Source: Colwellia polaris
GTDB taxonomy: Archaea; Nanohalarchaeota; Nanosalinia; Nanosalinales; Nanosalinaceae
DNA: 64,000 bases
Direction: 5' to 3'
Assembly (NCBI GenBank): GCA_047617785.1
Contig: JBLGBK010000002.1
Coordinates: 58,605 to 122,604 of the forward strand
Shown: positions 39,716-49,259 of the stretch, one piece after another
Layout: each line of letters begins with the position of its first letter
How positions within the stretch are numbered: position 1 is the first letter of the stretch
Position numbers and translations under genes: made by a program
Notes under the pieces: model-generated
The model's input: only the letters and a program-made list of their open reading frames with translations
Database searches by the model: none
What the model was told of the DNA's origin: nothing

Positions 39716-40480
39716 TTATTCCTGTACAGAGTAGCTTCCAAGAACCTGAACTTCTCCATAAGTTTCAAGACACTTAACTGCCTTTTCAAGCCGTCCGTTG
39801 ACTGCTTCAGCCTCGACATAGAAGTAGTACTCACCGAGCTTTTCCTTCGTTGGCCTCGACTGGATGTGGCTCAAGTTAATCTCATGCCCGGCAAAACATG
39901 AGAGCATTGCATGAAGCAACCCCGGTCTATCCTCTCCCGGTTCCAGCACAATCGAACTCTTATTTTCAGCCTCCACTTCTCCGTTAAGCACGAAGAAACG
40001 TGTGACATTTGAGTCGGTGTCCTGTACTGAAGTCTTCAGAACATTCTGGTCGTTGATCTCTGCAGCGATTTCAGATGCAAGTGCTGCTTCACCTGCAGAC
40101 AAGTCTTCTACTGCTTTCGCAGTCGAGGAAGTTTCCTCTGTATGCCAACCATGTTCTTCAATTATGTCTTTTGCCTGTGATAGCGCCTGAGGATGCGAAA
40201 CTACTTTTTCAATTTCCTCAAACCGGGAACTCGAGATCAGTGCATGTTCTATTGGCAGCCGAATTTCTCCCGTTATTTCTACATCTTTTTCTTTCAGAAG
40301 GTCTACTGTGTCGGATACTCCTCCTCCAAGCGAGTTTTCCACAGGTACGAATTTGAGTTCAGTTTCTGATTCGAATACTTCTCTGATTGTTGAGCAGAAT
40401 ACTGGCTCCAAGTTTTCGAAGTATCTATCTGCTGCTTGATGTGTGTATGTTCCTTCTGGTCCGAGTAGTGCTACTTTCAT
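39716..40480 (-). CDS. pheA: prephenate dehydratase with ACT domain
   Basis: LGPEGTY, PVENS, SHPQA, NVTRF, INLSHIQSRP. Confidence 0.93.
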   Translation of the reverse strand: MKVALLGPEGTYTHQAADRYFENLEPVFCSTIREVFESETELKFVPVENSLGGGVSDTVDLLKEKDVEITGEIRLPIEHALISSSRFEEIEKVVSHPQALSQAKDIIEEHGWHTEETSSTAKAVEDLSAGEAALASEIAAEINDQNVLKTSVQDTDSNVTRFFVLNGEVEAENKSSIVLEPGEDRPGLLHAMLSCFAGHEINLSHIQSRPTKEKLGEYYFYVEAEAVNGRLEKAVKCLETYGEVQVLGSYSVQE

Positions 40481-40527
40481 GGTTTGATCTCTATAAGGTG
40501 TATTTAGTGTTTTTAGGTTAAAAACTG

Positions 40528-41223
40528 TTAGAACAGACCTTGTTTGTCAGTCGCCACAAGCCCCTCATCGGTTATCTTGAACTGAGCGGAGATTCCTTCT
40601 GGCAGCGAGCGATGCTTGCCGATTTCAAGTACTCTTGAGCCATCATTTTTCTCCGAAAGCTTGAGAAGTGATTTAGACCAGTAACGCGGCACATCTCGTC
40701 CTACTAGCTCCATATTTTCTTCATCAAAGCTGGTATAGACCTGGTTAGTTATAACAACAGGTATATTGTGCTCTCTTGCTAGTTTAGATAGTGTTGATAG
40801 TTGTTGGGAGAGCTTCTGGTTTACTTCTGACGCATTCTCTCCATTCACATTTAGTCTGTAAAGCGATACTGCTGAGTCGACCACTATAAGGCCAAGATTT
40901 TTGATATTCAAATCTTCAAGTTCCTTGATTACTTCTATTTGTTCTTCAAAACTGGTTGCTTCTCTGTACAGAAGCCTGTCAAGAGCCTCTTCTGTTGACA
41001 TCTGCAGGAAGCGTTCTGGTGAGAAACCTCCTTCTGTATCGATATATACAGGTGTTTTCCCGTTTTCTGCTACTTGCTTTGCTACCTGTATGCAGAAGTT
41101 AGTTTTACCCGTGCCTGATTCTCCGTATACATTGGTGATTATACCTTTTTCTATACCTCCGTTGAGAAGGTCGTCGATCGGCTCACAGCCGGTTTTTAGG
41201 CGTTCTACGGTTTTGTTTTCCAC
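40528..41223 (-). CDS. radB: DNA repair and recombination protein RadB
   Basis: GESGTGKT, YIDTEGGFSPERF, ITNQVY, KHRS basic patch. Probable GTG start ~41223. Confidence 0.9.
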   Translation of the reverse strand: MENKTVERLKTGCEPIDDLLNGGIEKGIITNVYGESGTGKTNFCIQVAKQVAENGKTPVYIDTEGGFSPERFLQMSTEEALDRLLYREATSFEEQIEVIKELEDLNIKNLGLIVVDSAVSLYRLNVNGENASEVNQKLSQQLSTLSKLAREHNIPVVITNQVYTSFDEENMELVGRDVPRYWSKSLLKLSEKNDGSRVLEIGKHRSLPEGISAQFKITDEGLVATDKQGLF

Positions 41224-41338
41224 ATTTAGAAAAGTCGTTACAACTCTTTTATCACTATTCAACAAGTACGAACTCAGAAGTTTTTATTCACAACCATAAA
41301 AATTGTTTTAAACATTCCTGCCCAATTACTGTATACGT

Positions 41339-41689
41339 ATGTCCGAAGAAAAAGCATCAATTGTAACCTATAACACAAAGCGGGAGAAGTTCGAGTCAAT
41401 GTACGAACGGAATCAATTCTACCGCGGCCTGTTTGGTTACAAACAAACCGTTAAACGGAACGGGAAAGAGTACAAGTACGAGAAGGAAGGTTTGATGGAC
41501 AAGATCCCTAACATGAGAATAGACGACTCTGTATTCATCATTGCACAAGATAATACTGAACGGATCAAAGAATACTTCCACGAATGGGACAACAAGATTT
41601 CACATCACATATTCACGGTACTTATCAGCGAAGAACAGATACTCAACAAAATAAGAGGCGACAAGAACGATGACAGACGACAAAGTTAA
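41339..41689 (+). CDS. hypothetical protein, Cas2/VapD-like ferredoxin fold suspected
   Basis: [27 protein letters not shown]; overlaps the cdc48 start. Confidence 0.55.
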   Translation: MSEEKASIVTYNTKREKFESMYERNQFYRGLFGYKQTVKRNGKEYKYEKEGLMDKIPNMRIDDSVFIIAQDNTERIKEYFHEWDNKISHHIFTVLISEEQILNKIRGDKNDDRRQS

Positions 41690-43949
41690 ACTCCGGGTAG
41701 GCGAAGTACCTCCAAACGCACAGCAAGACGTAGGAAAAGGAATAGTGCGTATAGACAGCAAAATCATGCAAAAACTCGATGTACGAGAAGGCGAAACAGT
41801 CGAAATGGAAGGAGACCGAAAAACAGTTGGCACGGTAGCAAGAAGCTACCCTGCCGACAAAGGACTCGGTATCATACGCATGGACGGCTATATGCGGAAG
41901 AACGCAGGTACAAGCCTGGGGGAGAACGTAGAAGTAGAGAAAATAGAAGCTAAAGAAGCAGAAAAAGTAACACTTGCGCCTGCAGAAGAAGGAGTAATGA
42001 TGCAAGTCTCTAACCCCAACATCTTCAAGAAAGGATTAATGAACCGACCCGTAACCGAAGGAGACATCGTGGTACCTGGAAGAGGACGAGACAAGGGAGG
42101 TCCTAACCTGTTCGACGACATGTTCGACATGGGAGGCGACCAATTCAGATTCAGTCTAGGCGAGACAAAGCTTTCAGTCGTCAAAACAAAGCCAAACGGG
42201 CCAGTCAAGATAACACAGAAGACCGAGATCGAAATGAAACAACAAGCAGTAGAACAGCCAGAAGAACAAAAGGTCAAAGTACCGGACGTCACATACGAAG
42301 ACATCGGAGGACTGGACGAAGAGGTCCAACAAGTCCGTGAAATGATCGAATTACCACTAAAACACCCAGAAGTATTCCAACAACTAGGAATCGACGCACC
42401 TTCAGGCGTCCTACTACAGGGACCTCCAGGAACAGGAAAAACACTACTAGCCAAAGCAGTAGCAAACGAAGCAGATGCAACATTCCTCAGCATCGACGGA
42501 CCAGAAATCATGTCCAAATACTACGGAGAAAGCGAGAAACAGCTCCGAGAAAAATTTGAGGAAGCACAGGAAAACAGTCCTGCAATCATTTTCATCGATG
42601 AAATTGACGCCATCGCACCAAAAAGAGACGATACCGGCGGCGAAGTAGAAAGAAGAGTAGTAGCACAGCTACTATCAGAAATGGATGGTCTTGAAGAACG
42701 TGAAAATGTTATCGTCATTGCAGCAACCAACCGTGTAGATGCAGTAGACGAAGCACTACGAAGAGGAGGAAGATTCGACAGAGAAATCGAGATCGGAGTT
42801 CCAAACAGAAAAGGAAGAAAGGAAATACTACAAATCCACACACGGAATATGCCTCTCAGCGACGATGTAGACCTAGAAGAAATCGCAGAAAGCACACACG
42901 GATACGTAGGGGCGGACCTGGAGGCGTTATGTAAAGAGGCCGCGATGTCCGTGCTTAGAGAAGTAATTCCTAAGATCGATATGGATGAAGAGATACCAAG
43001 CGACGTGCTTGAAGAACTGATAGTCGACAGAGACGCCATGATCGACGGAATGCGAATGGTGGAACCAAGCCAGATGAGAGAAGTAATGGTCGAAGTACCA
43101 GACACCTCATGGGAAGACATTGGGGGACTGGAAGACACCAAAGAAAAGTTACGCGAGATGGTCGAATGGCCACAGAAGTACCCGGAAAGATTCGAACGCA
43201 TGGGCATAACCGTTCCAAAAGGAATCCTCATGTATGGTCTTCCAGGAACAGGAAAAACACTACTAGCCAAAGCAGTAGCCAGCGAATCCAACTCCAACTT
43301 CATCTCAATCAAAGGCCCAGAAGTATTCTCCAAGTACGTCGGAGAATCAGAGGAAGCAGTCCGGGAAATCTTCAAGAAAGCCAGACAGGTTGCACCATGC
43401 ATCCTGTTCATCGATGAAATCGACTCAATCGCACCTCGCAGAGGAAGCAGAGGCTCAGACTCAGGAGTAGGCGACAGAGTAGTCAACCAACTCCTAACCG
43501 AACTTGACGGGATCGAAAGCCTAGAAGGCGTAACAGTGATCGCAGCGACAAACCGACCAGACATGATCGATCCTGCAATCATGAGACCGGGTAGAATCGA
43601 CAGAACCATGGAAGTAGAGATCCCTGACTTCGAGGCACGGAAGAAGATATTCGAGGTTCACACAGAAGACATGCCTCTAGCTGATGACGTAGATCTTGAG
43701 GAACTGGCAGAAAAAGCCAAAAATTACGTTGGAAGCGACATAGAATCGATCTGCAGAGAAGCAGGAATGATAGCGCTTCGTAGGAATCCAGATACCGAGG
43801 AAGTGACCATGGAAGACTTCGAAGAATCAATCAAAGGAGTCAAGCCAACTGCAACAGAAGATAACCGTGAGCAGTACGATCAAATGATGCAGAGAATGGA
43901 GAACTTAGAAGAAGAGAAGGATAGCAATACTCCAGACTATTATGCCTAA
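41670..43949 (+). CDS. cdc48: Cdc48/VAT AAA+ ATPase
   Basis: Two AAA modules ([16 protein letters not shown]; FIDEID), N-domain, HbYX-like tail DYYA. Confidence 0.96.
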   Translation: MTDDKVKLRVGEVPPNAQQDVGKGIVRIDSKIMQKLDVREGETVEMEGDRKTVGTVARSYPADKGLGIIRMDGYMRKNAGTSLGENVEVEKIEAKEAEKVTLAPAEEGVMMQVSNPNIFKKGLMNRPVTEGDIVVPGRGRDKGGPNLFDDMFDMGGDQFRFSLGETKLSVVKTKPNGPVKITQKTEIEMKQQAVEQPEEQKVKVPDVTYEDIGGLDEEVQQVREMIELPLKHPEVFQQLGIDAPSGVLLQGPPGTGKTLLAKAVANEADATFLSIDGPEIMSKYYGESEKQLREKFEEAQENSPAIIFIDEIDAIAPKRDDTGGEVERRVVAQLLSEMDGLEERENVIVIAATNRVDAVDEALRRGGRFDREIEIGVPNRKGRKEILQIHTRNMPLSDDVDLEEIAESTHGYVGADLEALCKEAAMSVLREVIPKIDMDEEIPSDVLEELIVDRDAMIDGMRMVEPSQMREVMVEVPDTSWEDIGGLEDTKEKLREMVEWPQKYPERFERMGITVPKGILMYGLPGTGKTLLAKAVASESNSNFISIKGPEVFSKYVGESEEAVREIFKKARQVAPCILFIDEIDSIAPRRGSRGSDSGVGDRVVNQLLTELDGIESLEGVTVIAATNRPDMIDPAIMRPGRIDRTMEVEIPDFEARKKIFEVHTEDMPLADDVDLEELAEKAKNYVGSDIESICREAGMIALRRNPDTEEVTMEDFEESIKGVKPTATEDNREQYDQMMQRMENLEEEKDSNTPDYYA

Positions 43950-44061
43950 AAAATAATGGCATAACCACTCTTTTCCACATCTTTACTCTTTTTTCTTGTC
44001 TTATTAACAGTCGTGAACCATCCTACAGTTTAAATACTCTGGGATATCACATACCTATATA

Positions 44062-44439
44062 ATGCCAGAAGAAGGCGAAAACTTCACATGCACGTACTGC
44101 GAGAAGGAGTTCGACTCCAAGAGAGGGCTACATATCCACCAAAGCCAGGTACATCCTGAAGAGGATAAGCAAAAAATAGATGCAAAGAAAGATACTGAAG
44201 AAAGCAATAACAGTCAAGAGAAAGATTCTTCACAGAGTTCAGACAATGAGGACTCTAATATTTTCTCAGATGACACAGATATAGACGTTAAAGAGACTGA
44301 AGAAGAATTCTCAGTTGATATAGGTAATGATCAAGATTCAACATTCCAAATGTCGCTTACAACTCGTCAGGTCGCTGCAGCCTCCCTTGTTGTAGGTCTA
44401 ATAACGGGAGGCTTAGGAGCCGCCGCATATCTATTATAA
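44062..44439 (+). CDS. C2H2 zinc finger + acidic linker + C-terminal TM helix protein
   Basis: CTYCEKEFDSKRGLHIHQSQVH; hydrophobic C-terminus. Confidence 0.75.
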   Translation: MPEEGENFTCTYCEKEFDSKRGLHIHQSQVHPEEDKQKIDAKKDTEESNNSQEKDSSQSSDNEDSNIFSDDTDIDVKETEEEFSVDIGNDQDSTFQMSLTTRQVAAASLVVGLITGGLGAAAYLL

Positions 44440-44451
44440 TCTCTTCAATTA

Positions 44452-44955
44452 ATGAAACTAAAAACTGCAGAAACAAGACTTAGCCAAGGTTTAGAGTACG
44501 CTTTTGGGCAGGAAAACTTAATTAAGACGTTTTCGTTCGCAATTTTAGCGTATTTAATCATTGTAAGCATATCTGCACCCACATACATAACTCAAATATT
44601 TAGCCAAGATATACAGAACGGTCTAGCAATATTTAAGACAGTTTTATCTGTCCACATTGAGACCTCAGGCATAGTATTTCCAGCATTACTTTCTCTTCTA
44701 TTTGGTATAAACCTTACAAATTTACTAACAAGCGCAAAATCTAACAAGGATACTAAAGGCAGTTTAACTGCAATTATACCTAGTTTAATAGCTGCAGGAT
44801 GCGGAAGTTGTGGAATAGGCATACTGGCAATAGTTGGTCTGGCAGGCGCAGTATCCATATTGCCTTTTGGAGGCTCTGAGCTATATATTTTAGGCTCTCT
44901 TCTCCTAGTTTATTCAATAATAGACATTGGAAACCCTAAGACGTGCGACGTGTAG
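44452..44955 (+). CDS. multi-pass membrane protein with intramembrane CxxC (AAGCGSCG)
   Basis: About four hydrophobic segments, GCGSC motif, C-terminal Cys. Confidence 0.7.
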   Translation: MKLKTAETRLSQGLEYAFGQENLIKTFSFAILAYLIIVSISAPTYITQIFSQDIQNGLAIFKTVLSVHIETSGIVFPALLSLLFGINLTNLLTSAKSNKDTKGSLTAIIPSLIAAGCGSCGIGILAIVGLAGAVSILPFGGSELYILGSLLLVYSIIDIGNPKTCDV

Positions 44956-45823
44956 TGACAATATTCTGGCCATCAGCACCCTCCCCTATTAGAACAGTGT
45001 GTTCCGCCTGGAATACCTTGTCCGTATCCTTCAAAACAGGATAAGAATGTATCTGGCCGGATTTAACAAGTCTTTTGAAAGCAAACTTTTCCTTGCCTTC
45101 TAAGTCCATCCACCGATCTGTAAAAGGAAGATCGTTGAATTTCTTAGCCTTCTTGATAACCTTTCTAGGAGTTCTACCTCGTGCTTTATCAGATTCAAGC
45201 TTGTATATATTTCCCTCCTTACCATTAGCTACTTTTCCACTACCTAAGGAAATAAAGGGCTCAATAGCGACAGCATCGCCTTTTTCAAAAGTATAGTTGT
45301 TGGTATTAGACACATTAGGTATAGATAACCCTGCATGCTGTGTATAGCGACCTAAGGAATGACCGGTGAGATTCACAACCGGTGTTAAACCATCAGGAAC
45401 TTGATTTTCAACATAGCTACCAAACTCTCCTACCGTTTTACCAGGTTCTATAAACTCCAAGGCATTCTTAAGGACTTTTTCCACCGTCTCTATTTGCTCC
45501 TTATATTTACCAGAAGGATTAACAGTTAATGCAGTATCAGCTATATATCCATTTGAGTGAGCTCCTATATCTATTTTCAATACATCATCCTTAGAAAGAA
45601 CTCTCTCCTCTTCTTTAGAAGGCGTGTAATGAGCTGCTTCGTCGTTCAAAGACATGTTTACCGGGAATGCTGGTTTTAAACCTTCATTTCTTATCAGATT
45701 CTCTATGGCTTCTGCAATGTCTTTAAGATTTCTTCCGTCCTCAGCTTCATCTCTTGCCTTATCACGAGCTTTCTGTACAATTTCTCCTGCCTCCAAATAG
45801 TTCTGCTTTACTTCCTCTTCCAT
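44936..45823 (-). CDS. map: methionine aminopeptidase type II
   Basis: AFPVN..AAHYTP, KIDIG..DTA, LTGH, AIEPF, QAEHT. Confidence 0.95.
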   Translation of the reverse strand: MEEEVKQNYLEAGEIVQKARDKARDEAEDGRNLKDIAEAIENLIRNEGLKPAFPVNMSLNDEAAHYTPSKEEERVLSKDDVLKIDIGAHSNGYIADTALTVNPSGKYKEQIETVEKVLKNALEFIEPGKTVGEFGSYVENQVPDGLTPVVNLTGHSLGRYTQHAGLSIPNVSNTNNYTFEKGDAVAIEPFISLGSGKVANGKEGNIYKLESDKARGRTPRKVIKKAKKFNDLPFTDRWMDLEGKEKFAFKRLVKSGQIHSYPVLKDTDKVFQAEHTVLIGEGADGQNIVTTRRTS

Positions 45824-45910
45824 GCATAAATCAAGTTGTTTGAAATGTTAAAACAGCTTTGAAGATTAGCCACAATTAAAAAACAGAGAAGATAAAATAG
45901 GATTTAAGGA

Positions 45911-46816
45911 ATGGCAAGTTCAGAAAACAAATGCGAGAAGTGCGGCCAAGAATTCGATTCAAAAAGAGGATTACATATTCATCAAAGCCAAGTACACGAT
46001 AATAGTGATATCGAGGAAGAGAGCTCCGAGAGATTAATTGAAACCGGAGACGGCCTATTTTTACCAACAAAACAGTTCGGAGGACTTACCTTCGCACTAG
46101 GACTTCTACTTGGTTTTATACTAGGCGGCGTATTCTTAAGCGGAGGATTAAGTTTCCAAAGCGGAGAAGACATTGTATCTCTAGAGTCAGGAGAGTATCC
46201 CTACGGCGAACTTGAAGCCGGCATAGGAAGCGGCGAGAAGCAGGCAGATAACGTAACATTTAAACTGGAAGGAGAACCTTACATTGGTTCACCAGAGGCA
46301 AGCATAACTGCAGTATCCTACGAAGATTTCCAGTGTCCATTCTGTAAAGAATACAACCAGAACGCGTACCTAGACATTGTTGAAAATCATGTACGTAGTG
46401 GGGAAGTCCAGTATTTCTACAAGAATTTCCCGATACCTGCAATAGGCCATAACTGGGCAGAACCTTCAGCACTAGCATCGGAATGTGCATTAAATCAAGA
46501 CCCCGAGGCATTCTGGACCTTTAAGAAAGGATTCTTTGACAACCAAGAGCGACTAACAGAAGTACATGAAAGCGACCCAGAAAAGTTCGATGAGAGCATG
46601 TACAAGTGGGCCAGACAAACCGGACTTGATGTAGGCAAATTCAAACAGTGTTACGATAACGAAGAAGAAATGGACGAAGTAGATCAAGATAAAGCAGAAG
46701 CTGCAGACGTAAATGCAAGCGCAACACCTACTATATTCATAGGAAGTCACAAGATAGCTGGAGCTTATCCTTATTCCAACTTTAAAGAAGCCATCAATCA
46801 ACAGCTAGATAAGTAA
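45911..46816 (+). CDS. C2H2 zinc finger-TM-DsbA/thioredoxin-fold oxidoreductase
   Basis: CEKC..HIHQSQVH, TM helix, YEDFQCPFC, ATPTIF. Confidence 0.88.
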   Translation: MASSENKCEKCGQEFDSKRGLHIHQSQVHDNSDIEEESSERLIETGDGLFLPTKQFGGLTFALGLLLGFILGGVFLSGGLSFQSGEDIVSLESGEYPYGELEAGIGSGEKQADNVTFKLEGEPYIGSPEASITAVSYEDFQCPFCKEYNQNAYLDIVENHVRSGEVQYFYKNFPIPAIGHNWAEPSALASECALNQDPEAFWTFKKGFFDNQERLTEVHESDPEKFDESMYKWARQTGLDVGKFKQCYDNEEEMDEVDQDKAEAADVNASATPTIFIGSHKIAGAYPYSNFKEAINQQLDK

Positions 46817-46854
46817 GTTGTACAAAACAGATAGAAGAAAGAGAGAAAGATAGG

Positions 46855-48018
46855 TTAGCGCCTATCTACATTGCTCTCGCGAGCAGCCTTCTTAACTTTC
46901 TCAGCTATCTTCATGGCTAGTTCCTTGTCAAGAGTTTCAGGCACAATTTTCTCCTTTTCAGGTTCAATAAATTCTCTGATAGCCTCCGAAGCCGCAATCT
47001 TCATTTCTTCGTTAATAGCTGAGGCACGTACATCTAGCGCCCCTCTGAAAACACCTGGAAATGCTAGTGAGTTGTTAACCTGGTTTTTGAAGTCACTTCT
47101 GCCTGTTGCTGTGATGAATGCTCCTGCTTCACGTGCATCAGCAGGCATTATTTCCGGTTCAGGATTTGCAAGAGCAAAAACTATAGGATCTTTAGCCATG
47201 CTCTCAACCATCTCTTTTGAAACAATACCCGGAGCTGAAAGCCCTATGAATACATCTGCATCAGTCATTGCGTCTTCAAGATCGCCCTGTTCTTCTGAAG
47301 CGAGTGTTCTCTTGGCAAGATCTGCCTTATATTCATTGTCATCGTCTGTTCTCAGAATTCCTGATGAGTCGACAGGTACGATATTTTCAGCTCCGGCATC
47401 AAGAAGGAAGTTAGCTACTGCTATACCCGAAGCTCCCGCTCCTGAGATCGCTATGCGGGCATTTTCAAGATCTTTATCAGCTATTTCAAGCGCGTTCTGT
47501 ACCGCAGCTCCTACAACAATTGCTGTTCCATGCTGATCATCGTGGAAAACCGGTATATCGAGTTTCTCCTTGAGTTGTTCTTCGGCTTTGAAGCAACGCG
47601 GCGCCTTGATATCTTCTAGATTGATTGCTCCGTAGGTTGGTGCTTCACGTTCGACGTGTTCAACTATTTCCTCTGCTGAATCAGCATTTATGCATACCGG
47701 GAAACCGTCTACATCACCGAAATTTTTCATCAGATTAGCTTTTCCCTCCATCACCGGCATGGAGGCTTCTGCTCCGATATCCCCTAGCCCAAGAACTGCT
47801 GAGCCGTCAGAAACTACTGCTACAAGATTTCCTTTAGATGTATATTCGTATGCGTTTTCCTTATCTTCATCGATTTTTTTGCAGGGTTCTGCCACTCCTG
47901 GTGTGTATACCAGATTGAGATCATCTTTAGTATTGATTTCTACTGAAGGTTCTACCGAGATTTTCCCAGGGTTTTTGCTATGCAGGTCTAGTGCTTCCTG
48001 TTTGTCTACCATAGGCAT
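46855..48018 (-). CDS. NAD(P)-dependent malic enzyme
   Basis: YTPGVA, DGSAVLGLG, INLEDI, FHDDQHGT, GAGASG, ALANPEPEI. Confidence 0.95.
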   Translation of the reverse strand: MPMVDKQEALDLHSKNPGKISVEPSVEINTKDDLNLVYTPGVAEPCKKIDEDKENAYEYTSKGNLVAVVSDGSAVLGLGDIGAEASMPVMEGKANLMKNFGDVDGFPVCINADSAEEIVEHVEREAPTYGAINLEDIKAPRCFKAEEQLKEKLDIPVFHDDQHGTAIVVGAAVQNALEIADKDLENARIAISGAGASGIAVANFLLDAGAENIVPVDSSGILRTDDDNEYKADLAKRTLASEEQGDLEDAMTDADVFIGLSAPGIVSKEMVESMAKDPIVFALANPEPEIMPADAREAGAFITATGRSDFKNQVNNSLAFPGVFRGALDVRASAINEEMKIAASEAIREFIEPEKEKIVPETLDKELAMKIAEKVKKAARESNVDRR

Positions 48019-48126
48019 TATTTTAAGGTGAAGTAATGTAAATATCCTTACAGATTTTTTCGTGAAAAACTCGCAGATAGGTTAGAGGTAAAAGTTTGGA
48101 AACACAAACTATAGACTGAAAAACCT

Positions 48127-48882
48127 ATGTCAGAGGACAAGGATAGCCGCGAGTACTTCCGTGAAGGAAAAGAAGAGATCGAGAAAGGTACTCAGAAAGT
48201 AATAGAGGAAGGGATTGAGAAAGGGCGCGAACAGCGTAAGAGACTCGATTACTACAGCAACAATCGTAAAGAACTTATACAGAATTTTTCGCAGCGATTA
48301 GGCGATTCAAAAGAGCCTGCAGCCTCTGGACTTGTAATTGTAGTTCCTATACTTGTAACTCTGATATTTGTCAACTGGATGTTCCAGAAAATAACTCAAA
48401 TACCAGGAAATCAGTACTTCAACATAACAGACCTCTATGTCATTAATCAGACTCTCAAGCTAAGTATACTGCTTGGTTTAGCAGCAATAATTGTCACAGG
48501 CATAGGACGATTTGGAAACACAAGTCACGGATTCAAATTAGAAAAGCTTGTAGACGAAATATTTGGAAAAATACCGTTCATCAGCAGTATCTACAACATG
48601 TCAAAAATTACAACTGAGACAGTACTTGGAGGCGCGGAAGATCTTTCAAAACCGGTAAAAGTAGAGTACAACGGAGTACGTCTAACTGCATTCAAAACCG
48701 GGAATCAGACCAAGGACGGCAGACACATAGTGTTCCTTCCGACCGCGCCAAACATAACGTCCGGACTAGTACTTGAAATGGAAGAAGACCAGATACAGGA
48801 AACAGATGAAACTGCAGAACACGCATTAACCAAAATACTATCTGCAGGATTCGGAAAAGACCATAGTGGAGACGAGGAATAA
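48127..48882 (+). CDS. DUF502-family membrane protein
   Basis: GLVIVVPILVT, KIPFISSIY, VFLPTAPNITSG. Confidence 0.85.
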   Translation: MSEDKDSREYFREGKEEIEKGTQKVIEEGIEKGREQRKRLDYYSNNRKELIQNFSQRLGDSKEPAASGLVIVVPILVTLIFVNWMFQKITQIPGNQYFNITDLYVINQTLKLSILLGLAAIIVTGIGRFGNTSHGFKLEKLVDEIFGKIPFISSIYNMSKITTETVLGGAEDLSKPVKVEYNGVRLTAFKTGNQTKDGRHIVFLPTAPNITSGLVLEMEEDQIQETDETAEHALTKILSAGFGKDHSGDEE

Positions 48883-48885
48883 AAA

Positions 48886-49221
48886 CTACATTTGATCTCT
48901 TCTTTCTCTCAACGCTTCAGCAATATCACCGCCGTTTACACGCCCATAACAGTCTTTTTCAGCATTTTCAATAACATCTTCATATACTTCATCCTTCCAT
49001 TCTTCAGGATCGGCACCGAGGTCATAGATAGCTCTACGGACATCTGCTTTCAGTTCTTCTTCATCGTGAACCTTGCAGTTATCTGAGCGGTAGTCCTGAA
49101 TCGAGTAAAGCTTCTCACGGATCTCTGGCCGAACAACACCAGAGTTATCATTTTGTGGTGTTAGAAGAGTTTCCAATTGACTTAGATCATCGTCGCGATT
49201 ATTGCTAAGACCGTCAAGCAT
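48886..49221 (-). CDS. hypothetical acidic protein
   Basis: 111 aa ORF between the DUF502 gene and acd. Confidence 0.55.
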   Translation of the reverse strand: MLDGLSNNRDDDLSQLETLLTPQNDNSGVVRPEIREKLYSIQDYRSDNCKVHDEEELKADVRRAIYDLGADPEEWKDEVYEDVIENAEKDCYGRVNGGDIAEALRERRDQM

Positions 49222-49259
49222 TCTACCGAAAGTTGAGAAATAGGAATGATAAATATTTT

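Noticed and set aside
42425-43279. 39-nt exact repeat in cdc48 (42425-42463 and 43241-43279); also a 30-nt repeat between the minD paralogues
   Set aside because: Both encode conserved Walker A motifs under strong codon bias; not a mobile-element or CRISPR repeat.
42521-43609. Long antisense ORFs (also 13432-13998, 14295-14837, 19719-20228, 22843-23517, 41888-42517, 46871-47536, 53276-54097)
   Set aside because: Ser/Ile/Phe-rich mirror frames of GAA/GAC-rich genes on the opposite strand, with no motifs.
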